DNA from: a virus
Taxonomy: Duplodnaviria; Caudoviricetes
Length of the DNA stretch: 47,565 nt
Strand: one strand, 5' to 3'
IMG/VR virus record: IMGVR_UViG_3300043220_000046
Span: 1-47,565 of that record
The position numbers were made by a program, and so were the translations under genes. This document shows, piece after piece, positions 1 through 7,871 of the stretch. How positions within the stretch are numbered: position 1 is the stretch's first letter; the number at the start of each line of letters is the position of its first letter. Below the pieces are notes generated by a model that saw nothing but the letters and a program-made list of their open reading frames with translations, ran no database searches and was not told where the DNA came from.

Positions 1-127
1 GGGGGAGGGGTGTCGGCTAGAAGGGATTGCCGACGAGCTTCGAGATGGTGGCACTGAGCAGGCTGCTTATCCAGTTGCTGACCTCGGCATTGATGTCGGC
101 GGCCATCGCAGCACTGAGGTTGAGCGC
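1..127 (+). repeat. Terminal direct repeat, left copy (assembly overlap)
   Basis: Identical to 47439-47565; 127 bp is a common assembler k-mer length and the repeat cuts through a CDS. Confidence 0.95.
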
Positions 128-289
128 CTGGGCCCTTGTGTGCCGCAGTTCGGCGGTCACATCCTCGCCGGCCAGCTGCTTGGCCATGAGGCCGGCCAGG
201 TCAGTCGCCAGGGCGACGGCGAGGGCTTTGTCCTCCTCGGAGGTGACGAGGGTCTTGACGCGCTCTACGAGGTCTTCCAGTGGCTTCAT
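17..289 (-). CDS. Hypothetical 90-aa helical Ala/Leu-rich protein
   Basis: ATG overlaps upstream TGA (ATGA); typical codon usage; followed across the circular junction by a terminator. Confidence 0.8.
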   Translation of the reverse strand: MKPLEDLVERVKTLVTSEEDKALAVALATDLAGLMAKQLAGEDVTAELRHTRAQALNLSAAMAADINAEVSNWISSLLSATISKLVGNPF

Positions 290-357
290 GGGAGTATACG
301 CTTGAGGAGAATGAGGGTGGCGATGGTGCCGGCTACTGCGAGCGGGTAGATGATCAC
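286..357 (-). CDS. 23-aa single-TM membrane peptide MIIYPLAVAGTIATLILLKRILP
   Basis: GTG overlaps lipoprotein stop (GTGA); its TGA overlaps next ATG (ATGA); fills the gap exactly; hydrophobic helix followed by KR. Confidence 0.7.
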   Translation of the reverse strand: MIIYPLAVAGTIATLILLKRILP

Positions 358-587
358 CGCGGGGTGGACGCGGGGGCGCTTGCCTCGATCCGCCGGCGCC
401 ACGAGGAGACGGTCGCGATGCGCCGTGCCTTCTGGACCTCGGAGAGCTTCGGGTCGGCTGTGACGTAGGCCTGATACTCGGGCGCGATCGCCTCGTAGGT
501 TGCCTGGTCGGCGCGGTTCTGGAGCGAGGACCCAGCGCAGGAGCTTAGCAAGAAGACTAGAACGACGATTGTTGCTTTGATTCTCAT
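354..587 (-). CDS. Small lipoprotein (77 aa)
   Basis: MRIKATIVVLVFLLSSC: basic N-region, hydrophobic core, lipobox LSSC. Confidence 0.8.
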   Translation of the reverse strand: MRIKATIVVLVFLLSSCAGSSLQNRADQATYEAIAPEYQAYVTADPKLSEVQKARRIATVSSWRRRIEASAPASTPR

Positions 588-610
588 GGTGTGATTCCGC
601 CACGCTTGGG

Positions 611-638
611 ACGGTAGCGGAGGGCTTGAGGGAATCAA
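611..638 (-). promoter_or_regulatory. Putative sigma70-type promoter of the lipoprotein operon
   Basis: TTGATT-16 nt-TACCGT, CAAGCCCTC in spacer; same architecture as promoters at 2916, 3564 and 47346. Confidence 0.5.
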
Positions 639-779
639 GGCTTCGGTCCTATGTGTTCTGAGCCGGGCCACGGGGTGGTGACGTCGGCGCCGTCGCTCGA
701 GTACTCTCTGGCCGACTCGATCGAGGATCTCGGCGGCGTTTGCGATCGCCAGGTCGGATCCGGATCGCCTCGGACCTTG

Positions 780-1052
780 CTACTCGCTCTGAGCAGGGCC
801 ACGGGTCTTCCGACTCACGCCGTAGCAGTAGCCGAGGATGGCATCACGCCAGACGACGAGGGCGCGCTTCTCGCCGTATCTGTCTCGAGCTTCGCGTGCG
901 GCGCGGAAGGCTGCGCGCCTGGTGCGCCTGGTGCCGAGCGCGATGAACGCGCCGGCGCGCCCCTTGCGGAAGCGCACGCGGGGCTCGCGCCGGTGGCCGA
1001 GCGAGCGGCCGAGGATGACCTCGACCTCGTGTGGGTCGTCGGGGTGGGTCAC
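780..1052 (-). CDS. Arg-rich hypothetical protein (90 aa)
   Basis: GTG start overlaps upstream TGA (GTGA at 1049-1052). Confidence 0.6.
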   Translation of the reverse strand: MTHPDDPHEVEVILGRSLGHRREPRVRFRKGRAGAFIALGTRRTRRAAFRAAREARDRYGEKRALVVWRDAILGYCYGVSRKTRGPAQSE

Positions 1053-1228
1053 GAGCACTCGCACTCGCGTTCGTATTCACCGCACTCGGGACAGTGGTTG
1101 TCCAGGCAGGCGTCGTCGATGGCGCGCTCCTCGCTGCAGCAGTCCGAGCAAAGCTCGGGCTTGTCCCCGCCGGCGCTGGGCTTTCCGCAGCGTGGACAAG
1201 GCTTCATGTTGTCGGGTGGGATGGGCAT
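1049..1228 (-). CDS. Small Cys-rich zinc-finger-like protein (59 aa)
   Basis: CPRC, CSDCC, CPEC and CEC motifs; start 4 nt after upstream stop. Confidence 0.75.
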   Translation of the reverse strand: MPIPPDNMKPCPRCGKPSAGGDKPELCSDCCSEERAIDDACLDNHCPECGEYERECECS

Positions 1229-1232
1229 GGGC

Positions 1233-1652
1233 TCAGACCTGGACGTCGTCGAAAGGGGTGAGTGCCGCGACAAGCCTCGCGACGTTGTTGTAGTGGTAGT
1301 CGATGCGCGCCTTCCTGCCTTCGGGGTAGTCGGGGAAGGCGAGGTGTCGCGCCGCGCTGACGAGTTCGCGGAACGGATCGTCTTGGATGGGCTCCTCGTT
1401 GCGCAGTAGCTGACCTGGCTTGAGTTCGATGGTTGCGCCGTAGGCGTGGGCGATCTCTCCCTCGGTGAGCATGCGCGCGGCGTCGAGACGCCAGCCGCCG
1501 CCGGCGACGTGTTCGCTGGCATCGGCGTCGGAGTCGAAGCGGTCGCATGTCGGGCATGCTCGGATCCAGCCAAACTTGGCGATGCGCCAGCCTGGGCAGT
1601 CCGGCGCGCATCGACTCGGCTCGACCTGCTCGCCGGCTACGTGCTCGGGCAT
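1233..1652 (-). CDS. Hypothetical protein (139 aa) with N-terminal Cys motifs
   Basis: MPEHVAG start; CAPDC and CPTC motifs; fits between neighbouring genes. Confidence 0.7.
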   Translation of the reverse strand: MPEHVAGEQVEPSRCAPDCPGWRIAKFGWIRACPTCDRFDSDADASEHVAGGGWRLDAARMLTEGEIAHAYGATIELKPGQLLRNEEPIQDDPFRELVSAARHLAFPDYPEGRKARIDYHYNNVARLVAALTPFDDVQV

Positions 1653-2143
1653 GAGATCCCCTTGAGCATTCTGATGTATCCATCGACGCGCTTGCCCCAG
1701 CGCTCGATACTCCCTGGCGTGCACTTGCACGGTGGCCCATTGAGGACTGAGACGCGGCCGCAAGGGCAGCCCTGCTGAGTGGCGTAGATGCTGAATCGGG
1801 TCGGGACCTCGACCACGGTCCCCGTCGGCCCATGCCGGAAGAGGGTGGCCTGATCTTGGAAGGCAAGGGCGATCGCTGAGATCACTTCGCGTCTGAACTC
1901 GGGCAGGTCGTCGAGCACGAGCACTCCCCCGCCGGCAAGCATGATCTCGCCAGGTGTGATGAGGAATATTCCGGTCTCGGGGCACCGCCGTAGTCCGCCG
2001 GCGATGCCGGGCAGCCCGACGGTGTGGTGAGGGAAGCGGATAGCGTGGTGCCGGCATCGCTGCTCGGCCTCGCGCTTGGCAACGGTCAGGGCGGGTTCGA
2101 GGCCTGGGGCTTCGTGGAAGACTTTGAAGACTGGAGCGATCAT
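1637..2143 (-). CDS. Truncated ComM/YifB (Mg-chelatase-like AAA+) homologue
   Basis: RFPHHT, PGEIMLAGGGVLVLDDLPEF, PTRF..YATQQGCPCG and CKCTP match the ComM/YifB core; no Walker A. Confidence 0.85.
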   Translation of the reverse strand: MIAPVFKVFHEAPGLEPALTVAKREAEQRCRHHAIRFPHHTVGLPGIAGGLRRCPETGIFLITPGEIMLAGGGVLVLDDLPEFRREVISAIALAFQDQATLFRHGPTGTVVEVPTRFSIYATQQGCPCGRVSVLNGPPCKCTPGSIERWGKRVDGYIRMLKGISCPST

Positions 2144-2643
2144 GGTTCTGGGACGTCGAGGGAGACGGAGTCGATAGGCGCGCTGCGCGCGTTGGAGAAC
2201 GAGTAGTAGCGGCTCGCGCCGATGACGATGTGATCGAGAACGCGGATGCCGAGTAGTAGGCCGGCCTCGGTCAAGCGCTCGGTGACGCGCTTGTCCTCGG
2301 TGCTCGGGCTGCAGTCTCCCGATGGGTGATTGTGCGCCAGGATGATTGCGGCCGCGTTCACGGCTAGGGCAGGGCGGAAGACGTTGGCAGGCGGAACGGG
2401 CGCGCTGTCGATCGTGCCGATCGAGCAGACATGGAAGCCGATCGTTCGGTGCCGCGTGTCGAGGTAGAGAGCGCAGAAGGCCTCGCGTTCGGATGGCACG
2501 AGGCCGAGTCGCTGCAGGCCGAGGAAGTAGCGGACCGCGTCGTCGCCAGCGCGCACGGGCTTCGGTGCTGTCCCGTCGGAGGGGGCAGGCTCGCGCACGA
2601 TGTCGAAGAGGACTCGGTAGCCGTTGCCGTTGTAGGCCTTCAT
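2140..2643 (-). CDS. radC: RadC-like JAB domain protein
   Basis: EAFCALYLD, GTID, IILAHNHPSGDCSPSTED and VLDHIVIG motifs; ATGA overlap at 2640-2643. Confidence 0.93.
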   Translation of the reverse strand: MKAYNGNGYRVLFDIVREPAPSDGTAPKPVRAGDDAVRYFLGLQRLGLVPSEREAFCALYLDTRHRTIGFHVCSIGTIDSAPVPPANVFRPALAVNAAAIILAHNHPSGDCSPSTEDKRVTERLTEAGLLLGIRVLDHIVIGASRYYSFSNARSAPIDSVSLDVPEP

Positions 2644-2909
2644 GAGTCCTGCACCTCGTAGAGGAGCGCCCATGCGGAGATCCGTCGTTCGACGATGTTG
2701 AGATCGTCGAGGTTGGTCGTTAGAGCGACCTCGGGCTTGCTGGCGTCAAGCTGAAGGACATAGGCTTTCCCCTGGGCGATGTCGACCTCAGCGGGGAAGC
2801 CGCCACGCGCACGCCACTCAGCGTAGTGGTCAGCGAGTTGAGCAGCGCGGTCGTTGTCACCATGGGCGATGGCAGCAATGAAGAGGCGGAAGGTTACGTT
2901 GGGATCCAT
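2640..2909 (-). CDS. Hypothetical phage protein (MDPN...W..RGGF type), first gene of leftward early cassette
   Basis: Clean ORF coupled to radC; ATG 6 nt after a putative -10 box. Confidence 0.8.
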   Translation of the reverse strand: MDPNVTFRLFIAAIAHGDNDRAAQLADHYAEWRARGGFPAEVDIAQGKAYVLQLDASKPEVALTTNLDDLNIVERRISAWALLYEVQDS

Positions 2910-2915
2910 GCTCGA

Positions 2916-2944
2916 AGCCTACCACGAGAGCTTGAGACGGTCCA
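2916..2944 (-). promoter_or_regulatory. Putative leftward promoter giving a leaderless mRNA
   Basis: TGGACC-17 nt-TAGGCT with extended -10 TG; spacer contains CAAGCTCTCG, identical to the promoter at 47346. Confidence 0.5.
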
Positions 2945-2970
2945 CGCCCTGGGTCTAAGAAGGCGGATTA

Positions 2971-3002
2971 GCTTGGGAGCTTGAGGCTTGGGAGGCTTTG
3001 GG
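2971..3002. repeat. Tandem array of short GCTT(T)GRG repeats (putative operator)
   Basis: GCTTG at 2971, 2979 and 2986 and GCTTTG at 2995, upstream of the leftward promoter. Confidence 0.55.
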
Positions 3003-3492
3003 TATTGGATGTTGAGGAGTGGGAGACAGGATGCCAGGGTCGGGGGAGGACAGCCTCCTGGATTGATGGTCAACAAGTGGGTTTGGAGTGGGATGGGGCG
3101 ATTTGGTGGGGAGCTAGCGCCCCGGCGCACTGGTCAACAGGCCGGCCGTCGACACCGTCAAGCAGGGTGCCGGCAACACCGAACCCCACTCGCGCAGGAT
3201 GAGGGGAGGCGGCCTCGCAGGCGGGCTGTGAGTTGAGGCCTTGAGACAGCCAGGGGGACAGGAGGGCGGCGCGCAGGGTGGCTGGAGGGCAGCAGCGCCG
3301 GGGATGCGAGACCCGGACCCGGCGGGTCCCATCGGGGCGGGGGGGTTGATTCTAGCCACCCCACACTTCCCCCCAACCACAATGCAAATCCTGTCCAAAG
3401 CAAACCAGTCAGCAAGAACTCCCCGAACAACCCCTATACCCTATACCCATGTTGACATATCCCTTCTCGGGTATGTGTAGTGTGTATATATA

Positions 3493-3534
3493 CTCTCTAT
3501 AGGGGGGGTCTACATGGGAACGCCCCTTAGAGAG
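3493..3534. repeat. Imperfect inverted repeat beside an AT-rich patch in the divergent control region
   Basis: CTCTCTATAGGGG (3493-3505) / CCCCTTAGAGAG (3523-3534). Confidence 0.5.
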
Positions 3535-3563
3535 AGAGATGCCCACTTGCTCGACAGGGGAAC

Positions 3564-3591
3564 TTGTAAACTGGTTCCAAGGCGCTACCCT
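3564..3591 (+). promoter_or_regulatory. Putative rightward promoter, leaderless mRNA
   Basis: TTGTAA-16 nt-TACCCT, ATG 7 nt downstream at 3599. Confidence 0.5.
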
Positions 3592-3598
3592 CCAGCGT

Positions 3599-3928
3599 AT
3601 GGAAAGCCCTCCTCAGATGCATCGGATCTCCAAGACCGCGGCGAAGCGCCTGGCCGACCTCAAGCGCGCCTTCGTCCCGGAACACCTCAGGGACCCCGAA
3701 ATCCCGCTCGTCCGCAACGCCGGCTGGCCAGAGCACGGGAATTCAACCTCCGTGATGCTCGAGTTCCTGATCTGGTGGTTCGAGCAAACCCGCGAAGAAG
3801 GCTTGACCCGGGTCATGCTATCTTCGTTCCGGCCCGAGACCCGCAATGGACGCCCTGTGAGCGGTAAGCACCGCCAGCAGACCCCCGCCGAACTTCGCAA
3901 AGCTCAGGGCCTTGAAAGGAACTGGTGA
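3599..3928 (+). CDS. Putative DNA-binding regulator (ribbon-helix-helix-like)
   Basis: Strand MHRIS, helix KTAAKRLADLKRAF, later helix STSVMLEFLIWWF; first gene after the control region; fold is inferred. Confidence 0.55.
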   Translation: MESPPQMHRISKTAAKRLADLKRAFVPEHLRDPEIPLVRNAGWPEHGNSTSVMLEFLIWWFEQTREEGLTRVMLSSFRPETRNGRPVSGKHRQQTPAELRKAQGLERNW

Positions 3929-3945
3929 CTTCGTAGGCTCTCGGC

Positions 3946-4380
3946 ATGAGCCCAGCAACCGATCATGCCGATCCCACCACCACCGAAGCCTCCGCCCCCG
4001 CCGGCCCCGCGCCCGAGACCCCCACAGACGACGTCGAGGCGCCGGCGGCGGTCGTGAAGAAGCCGACCGCGGCGAATCGGTATCAGCTGTTCGACGACGG
4101 CCAGGGCGACTACCGGATCTACGAGATCTCGCAGTCCAAGGAGCTCCCCAAGGGAACCCTCCTGCCGATCGCGGAAGTCCCCGGCTTCGAGTCGAGCGCG
4201 GCCGCGCGGAAGTTCATCAACAACTCGGGCGACCTGCTCGAGGGCAAGCAACTCATGATCCTCAAGGGCCTCGAGATCTGCGCCGTCGACGTGCAGACCG
4301 TGAAGAAGGTCGACGTCAAGTTCAAGCCGAAGCGCGCGATCACCGGGCCGGCGTCGAGCACTGGTGAGGACGGCAAGTGA
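3946..4380 (+). CDS. Hypothetical protein (144 aa)
   Basis: Strong GC3 codon bias; coupled to next gene (GTGA). Confidence 0.85.
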   Translation: MSPATDHADPTTTEASAPAGPAPETPTDDVEAPAAVVKKPTAANRYQLFDDGQGDYRIYEISQSKELPKGTLLPIAEVPGFESSAAARKFINNSGDLLEGKQLMILKGLEICAVDVQTVKKVDVKFKPKRAITGPASSTGEDGK

Positions 4381-4601
4381 CCGAGTTCGGTGAACTCTCG
4401 TCGACCGAGGTCCGCATCCTGCGCGAGCACCGCGCGCTGCGGGCGATCCAGTCGAGGCCGGTCGAGACTGTCGACGCTACGCTGCCGACCCGCCGCGCAA
4501 TCATTGCTCTGATAGAGCTCGCCACAGTGCTCGAGCCGAAGGCTGAGGTCTGGCCTACCATTCGCTCGCTCCTGGCTCAGCACACGGTGAAGGGGCTCTA
4601 A
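4377..4601 (+). CDS. Hypothetical protein (74 aa)
   Basis: Start overlaps upstream stop. Confidence 0.75.
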   Translation: MTEFGELSSTEVRILREHRALRAIQSRPVETVDATLPTRRAIIALIELATVLEPKAEVWPTIRSLLAQHTVKGL

Positions 4602-4604
4602 GCG

Positions 4605-4847
4605 ATGGCACGGGAGATGGACGTAGCGCCGGTCAAGACTCAGCCCGATCCGCTCGACCCCTGGGCGCACCGTTCGGACAACATGCAGTGTATGACCTGC
4701 ATCTTCTTCGTTGAAAAGGCGACGGCGCCGAACCTAAATTCCCCCCTCGGTCGCTGCCGGCGCCACGCGCCGACTATGAACGGCTACCCGATCGTGTTCC
4801 CGACCGACTGGTGCGGAGATCACAGGCTTGACGAGGCGAAGGTATGA
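4605..4847 (+). CDS. Small Cys-rich metal-binding phage protein
   Basis: CMTCIFF...GRCRRHAP...DWCGDH four-Cys pattern common in phage proteins. Confidence 0.8.
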   Translation: MAREMDVAPVKTQPDPLDPWAHRSDNMQCMTCIFFVEKATAPNLNSPLGRCRRHAPTMNGYPIVFPTDWCGDHRLDEAKV

Positions 4848-5104
4848 AACCCACCGACGAAGATCTCCGGAATCGGTTCTTCTACCACCCACCGCCGAAC
4901 CAACAACGCATCGACGATCACGCGCTGGTGTCGCAGTGGTGCTTCGAGCTCGCGGTGCACCTGCGCAACCAGTGCCCGGAAGGGCGCAATCTGAGCCTGG
5001 CGCTCACGCACCTCGAGGACACGCGGATGCGAGCAAACGCTGCGCTAGCTTGCGACTCACCACCGGAACCAGTCGAGCCGCCGAACACGGGTTCTGGTGG
5101 CTGA
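4844..5104 (+). CDS. Acb2/Tad1 hairpin-family protein (candidate cyclic-nucleotide sponge, anti-defence)
   Basis: NRFFYHPP...CPEGRNLSLALTHLEDTRMRANAALA resembles the R..ALTH.E...M..N helix of Tad1-type proteins. Confidence 0.7.
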   Translation: MKPTDEDLRNRFFYHPPPNQQRIDDHALVSQWCFELAVHLRNQCPEGRNLSLALTHLEDTRMRANAALACDSPPEPVEPPNTGSGG

Positions 5105-5855
5105 AACACGGACCCGCAAAGCCAAGGGCGGCATCCGTTCGGCACTCGTAGATCCGAAGGCGAAGCAGCGCCTCGAGAAGGCGGCTAAGGCTGCCGGCCT
5201 GGACCTCGAGGGCCTGATCAACCTGGTCGCCGACAGCGGCGCGCTCGCGATGCCGCAGGACGACGGCGTTACCGAGACCTACTCGCTCGAGGACCTCGGC
5301 GTGCAGATGCACGCGCAGATGCCCCCTCCGTTGGAACGGCCGGCCTGGTTCCTTGGCCTGGTCGACGCGCAACGGATCGCTCTGGTCGTGATGCTGCGTG
5401 CGCGCGGCTACTCGAGCGTGGTGATCGCTCGCGACTTCGGGATCGCCGACATCGAGGTAGGTCGGATCTACTCGAAGTATGCTGACGACCTCGGCGCGCA
5501 GGTGATCAACGTCCGGCTGAACACCCTGGTCGGCAACCTGCAGCTGGCGGCCGAGCGCGCCGGCGAGGGCGCGATGGTGAAGAAGGACTGGGGCACCTAC
5601 TGGCGCATCCAGAAAGAGATGATTGCGCTCCTGCAGTCGCTCGGGATCGTCAAGCAGGCCATCCGCAAGGTCGAAATCGCGCACAAGTTCGACGATCAGA
5701 AGACGGCCGAAGTCGATCAACTACTCGACCTCGAGCGCAAGAAGCGTGCTCGCCTCGAGGAGATCAAGCAGGCCGACTTCACGCTCGTCGATGAAGTGCC
5801 ACAGCTGTCGCTGCCGGCGGCGCCTGGTTCAATGGAGAAGCCCTTTGAAGAGTGA
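5097..5855 (+). CDS. terS: Probable terminase small subunit
   Basis: HTH-like RGYSSVVIARDFGIADIEVGRIY plus helical body; upstream of TerL in the same operon; assignment is by position. Confidence 0.55.
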   Translation: MAETRTRKAKGGIRSALVDPKAKQRLEKAAKAAGLDLEGLINLVADSGALAMPQDDGVTETYSLEDLGVQMHAQMPPPLERPAWFLGLVDAQRIALVVMLRARGYSSVVIARDFGIADIEVGRIYSKYADDLGAQVINVRLNTLVGNLQLAAERAGEGAMVKKDWGTYWRIQKEMIALLQSLGIVKQAIRKVEIAHKFDDQKTAEVDQLLDLERKKRARLEEIKQADFTLVDEVPQLSLPAAPGSMEKPFEE

Positions 5856-6654
5856 CACCGTCTACGTCGCGCCGTTCGTTGGCGAGTTCGGCTGGGAGTG
5901 CATGATGTGGGCGCCGTGGCTGCGCAATCAGAAGCACTGCCGCGCCAAGCCGTTCATGGTGCTCTGCGAATACGGCAAGGCGGCGCTCTACGAGGATTTC
6001 GCGAAGGTGATCGAGATCGACCCGATCCCAACGAAGAAGCGCGACTGCCAGCACGGCTTCGATGACGAGCGCGGCAAGTTCGATCGGCGCTTCTACGCCG
6101 ACGTGGTCTTCGCCGCGACCGCGGGGTTCCATCGCCCAACCCTAACACCGCTCGACTTGAAGGTGCTGTGGCCGGCCGACTACCCACCGACCCCGATAGG
6201 CGCGAAGCATCACTCGCTACATGTCGAGGTCGATGAGCCATACAACCTGATCGCGGTCCATGCTCGATCACTGGATCGCGTGCCGTTGCGCAACTGGTCT
6301 CCAGTCAAATGGGACGAGCTCGTCGACAAGCTCAAGTTCGAGGGCTACCACGTCTTCGCGATCGGCTCCAAGGGCGAAGCCCTGTGCCCTTCGGGTTGCG
6401 AGGACATGCGCGGGGCGTCTCTACACGAGCTCTCTAGAGTGCTTAGCCGGACCGATGCTGTCATCGGCCCGAGCTCCGGACCGCTGCACTTCGCCAACCT
6501 ATGCAAGACTCCTGTGGTCTGGTGGTCGGCCAACGGCAAGGATATCAAACGCTACTCGACCTACTGGAATCCCTTCAACTGTGAGAACGTCCAGGTGACG
6601 CGCTCATGGAAACCGACCATCGACGAGGTCCTACAATGCACGATGACTTTCTGA
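5845..6654 (+). CDS. Glycosyltransferase family 9-like (heptosyltransferase-like) protein
   Basis: RNWSPVKWDEL, DMRGASLHEL and VIGPSSGPLHFANLCKTP motifs; TTG start after GGAG. Confidence 0.8.
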   Translation: MKSDTVYVAPFVGEFGWECMMWAPWLRNQKHCRAKPFMVLCEYGKAALYEDFAKVIEIDPIPTKKRDCQHGFDDERGKFDRRFYADVVFAATAGFHRPTLTPLDLKVLWPADYPPTPIGAKHHSLHVEVDEPYNLIAVHARSLDRVPLRNWSPVKWDELVDKLKFEGYHVFAIGSKGEALCPSGCEDMRGASLHELSRVLSRTDAVIGPSSGPLHFANLCKTPVVWWSANGKDIKRYSTYWNPFNCENVQVTRSWKPTIDEVLQCTMTF

Positions 6655-7871
6655 TCCTCTCTATCGGCCGAACAGCAACCGCCTACTTCGCAGAAGTGCT
6701 CGGGGTCGATCACGAGCCGGCCGAGTTGAACGGCTCAGCTGTCTCGCCGAAGCACCTGTTCAGGATGACTACGGGCTGGAAGATCCCGAAGAACTACCGG
6801 GTGGTCATCCTGGTTCGCAATGCGGAAGCGCAGATGCTGTCGATCCTCAATCGCGCGGCCGCGCTCGGCGCCGGCAAGGTGACGATGTTCCGCGAGAAGC
6901 TGCCGGACTACCTGCGCATCCTCAACGAGCTCGTGCGCGACGGCGCTCAGATCTACTCGAGCGATGCTCTGCTCGCGATGGACGTCACGGAACTGTCGCT
7001 CTGGGCACGCGAAGCCCTCGGCGTCAATTCGATCAAGGTCACGGAGCGGCCGGACACCTTCCCGATCGTGCTCACCGAGCTCCCCCCGTGGGCCAAGGTC
7101 GCTGCGGCGAAGATGCAGAAGCACTACGACGCCTGGCTGAACACCGAGGCGCTCGAGTTCGATCCAGACGAGATCGATCCGACGCGGCACGAGATCATCT
7201 ACGGGGGCATGATTTACCGGATGGACTACGTGTTCCCGGCCGAGATCGCCGCGCTGCGGGCGAAGAAGAGCGGGCAGTTCCAGGAGCTCCCGGTCCTGCA
7301 GTGGCTCGCACAGAGGGAGTTGAAGGGCACCTACGTCGACATCGGCGCGCATATCGGCAACCACTCGCTCTTCTTCGCGAATCACTGTCCGTCCGACAGC
7401 GTGATCTCGATCGAGGCGCACCCGCAGATTGCCGAGCTCTGCGGCGAGAACCTGCGGCGCAACATGAATCCCGTGAAGGAGCGCGAGTGGTTCCTGATCC
7501 GGAAGGCGGCCTGGTCGAAGAGCGCGGAGACCGTGAAGATGGCGCCGATCCCGCACAACAACGCGGGGCACACCTGCATCAAGGACGACGGCGTGACTCC
7601 GGTCGAGACGATCGCGCTCGACGACCTGGCGCTGACCAACGTCTCCGTCATCAAGATCGACGTCGAGGATGTCGAGGTGCAGGTCCTCGAGGGCGCGATG
7701 CAGACGATCACGCGAGATCGGCCGGTGATCATCGCGGAGCGGCACACCGCGGAGCAACTCGCCGAATTCGAGGGTCCACTCCTCGAGCTCGGTTACAAGC
7801 GCACGGTCGAGTGGCCGGGCATCCACACTTACGCCTGGCTTCCAGGCGAGGAACCACAAGAACCACAATGA
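6636..7871 (+). CDS. Sulfotransferase-like domain fused to FkbM-family methyltransferase
   Basis: N-term ILSIGRTAT..HEP..ILVRN; C-term VDIGAHIGNHS and IKIDVEDVEVQVLEGA..RPVI. Confidence 0.8.
   Translation: MHDDFLILSIGRTATAYFAEVLGVDHEPAELNGSAVSPKHLFRMTTGWKIPKNYRVVILVRNAEAQMLSILNRAAALGAGKVTMFREKLPDYLRILNELVRDGAQIYSSDALLAMDVTELSLWAREALGVNSIKVTERPDTFPIVLTELPPWAKVAAAKMQKHYDAWLNTEALEFDPDEIDPTRHEIIYGGMIYRMDYVFPAEIAALRAKKSGQFQELPVLQWLAQRELKGTYVDIGAHIGNHSLFFANHCPSDSVISIEAHPQIAELCGENLRRNMNPVKEREWFLIRKAAWSKSAETVKMAPIPHNNAGHTCIKDDGVTPVETIALDDLALTNVSVIKIDVEDVEVQVLEGAMQTITRDRPVIIAERHTAEQLAEFEGPLLELGYKRTVEWPGIHTYAWLPGEEPQEPQ

Noticed and set aside
3452-3494. Perfect TTGACA as a promoter -35 box
   Set aside because: No -10-like hexamer at 16-18 nt spacing
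2910-3598. ORFs, tRNA (including tRNA-Sec) or CRISPR array in the control region
   Set aside because: ORFs are low-complexity with atypical codons; no cloverleaf/T-loop and no repeat-spacer pattern
3926-3949. UGA readthrough of the putative regulator gene to a second ATGA overlap
   Set aside because: Adds only 7 residues, no Cys context and no CGUGY-loop hairpin; easily chance
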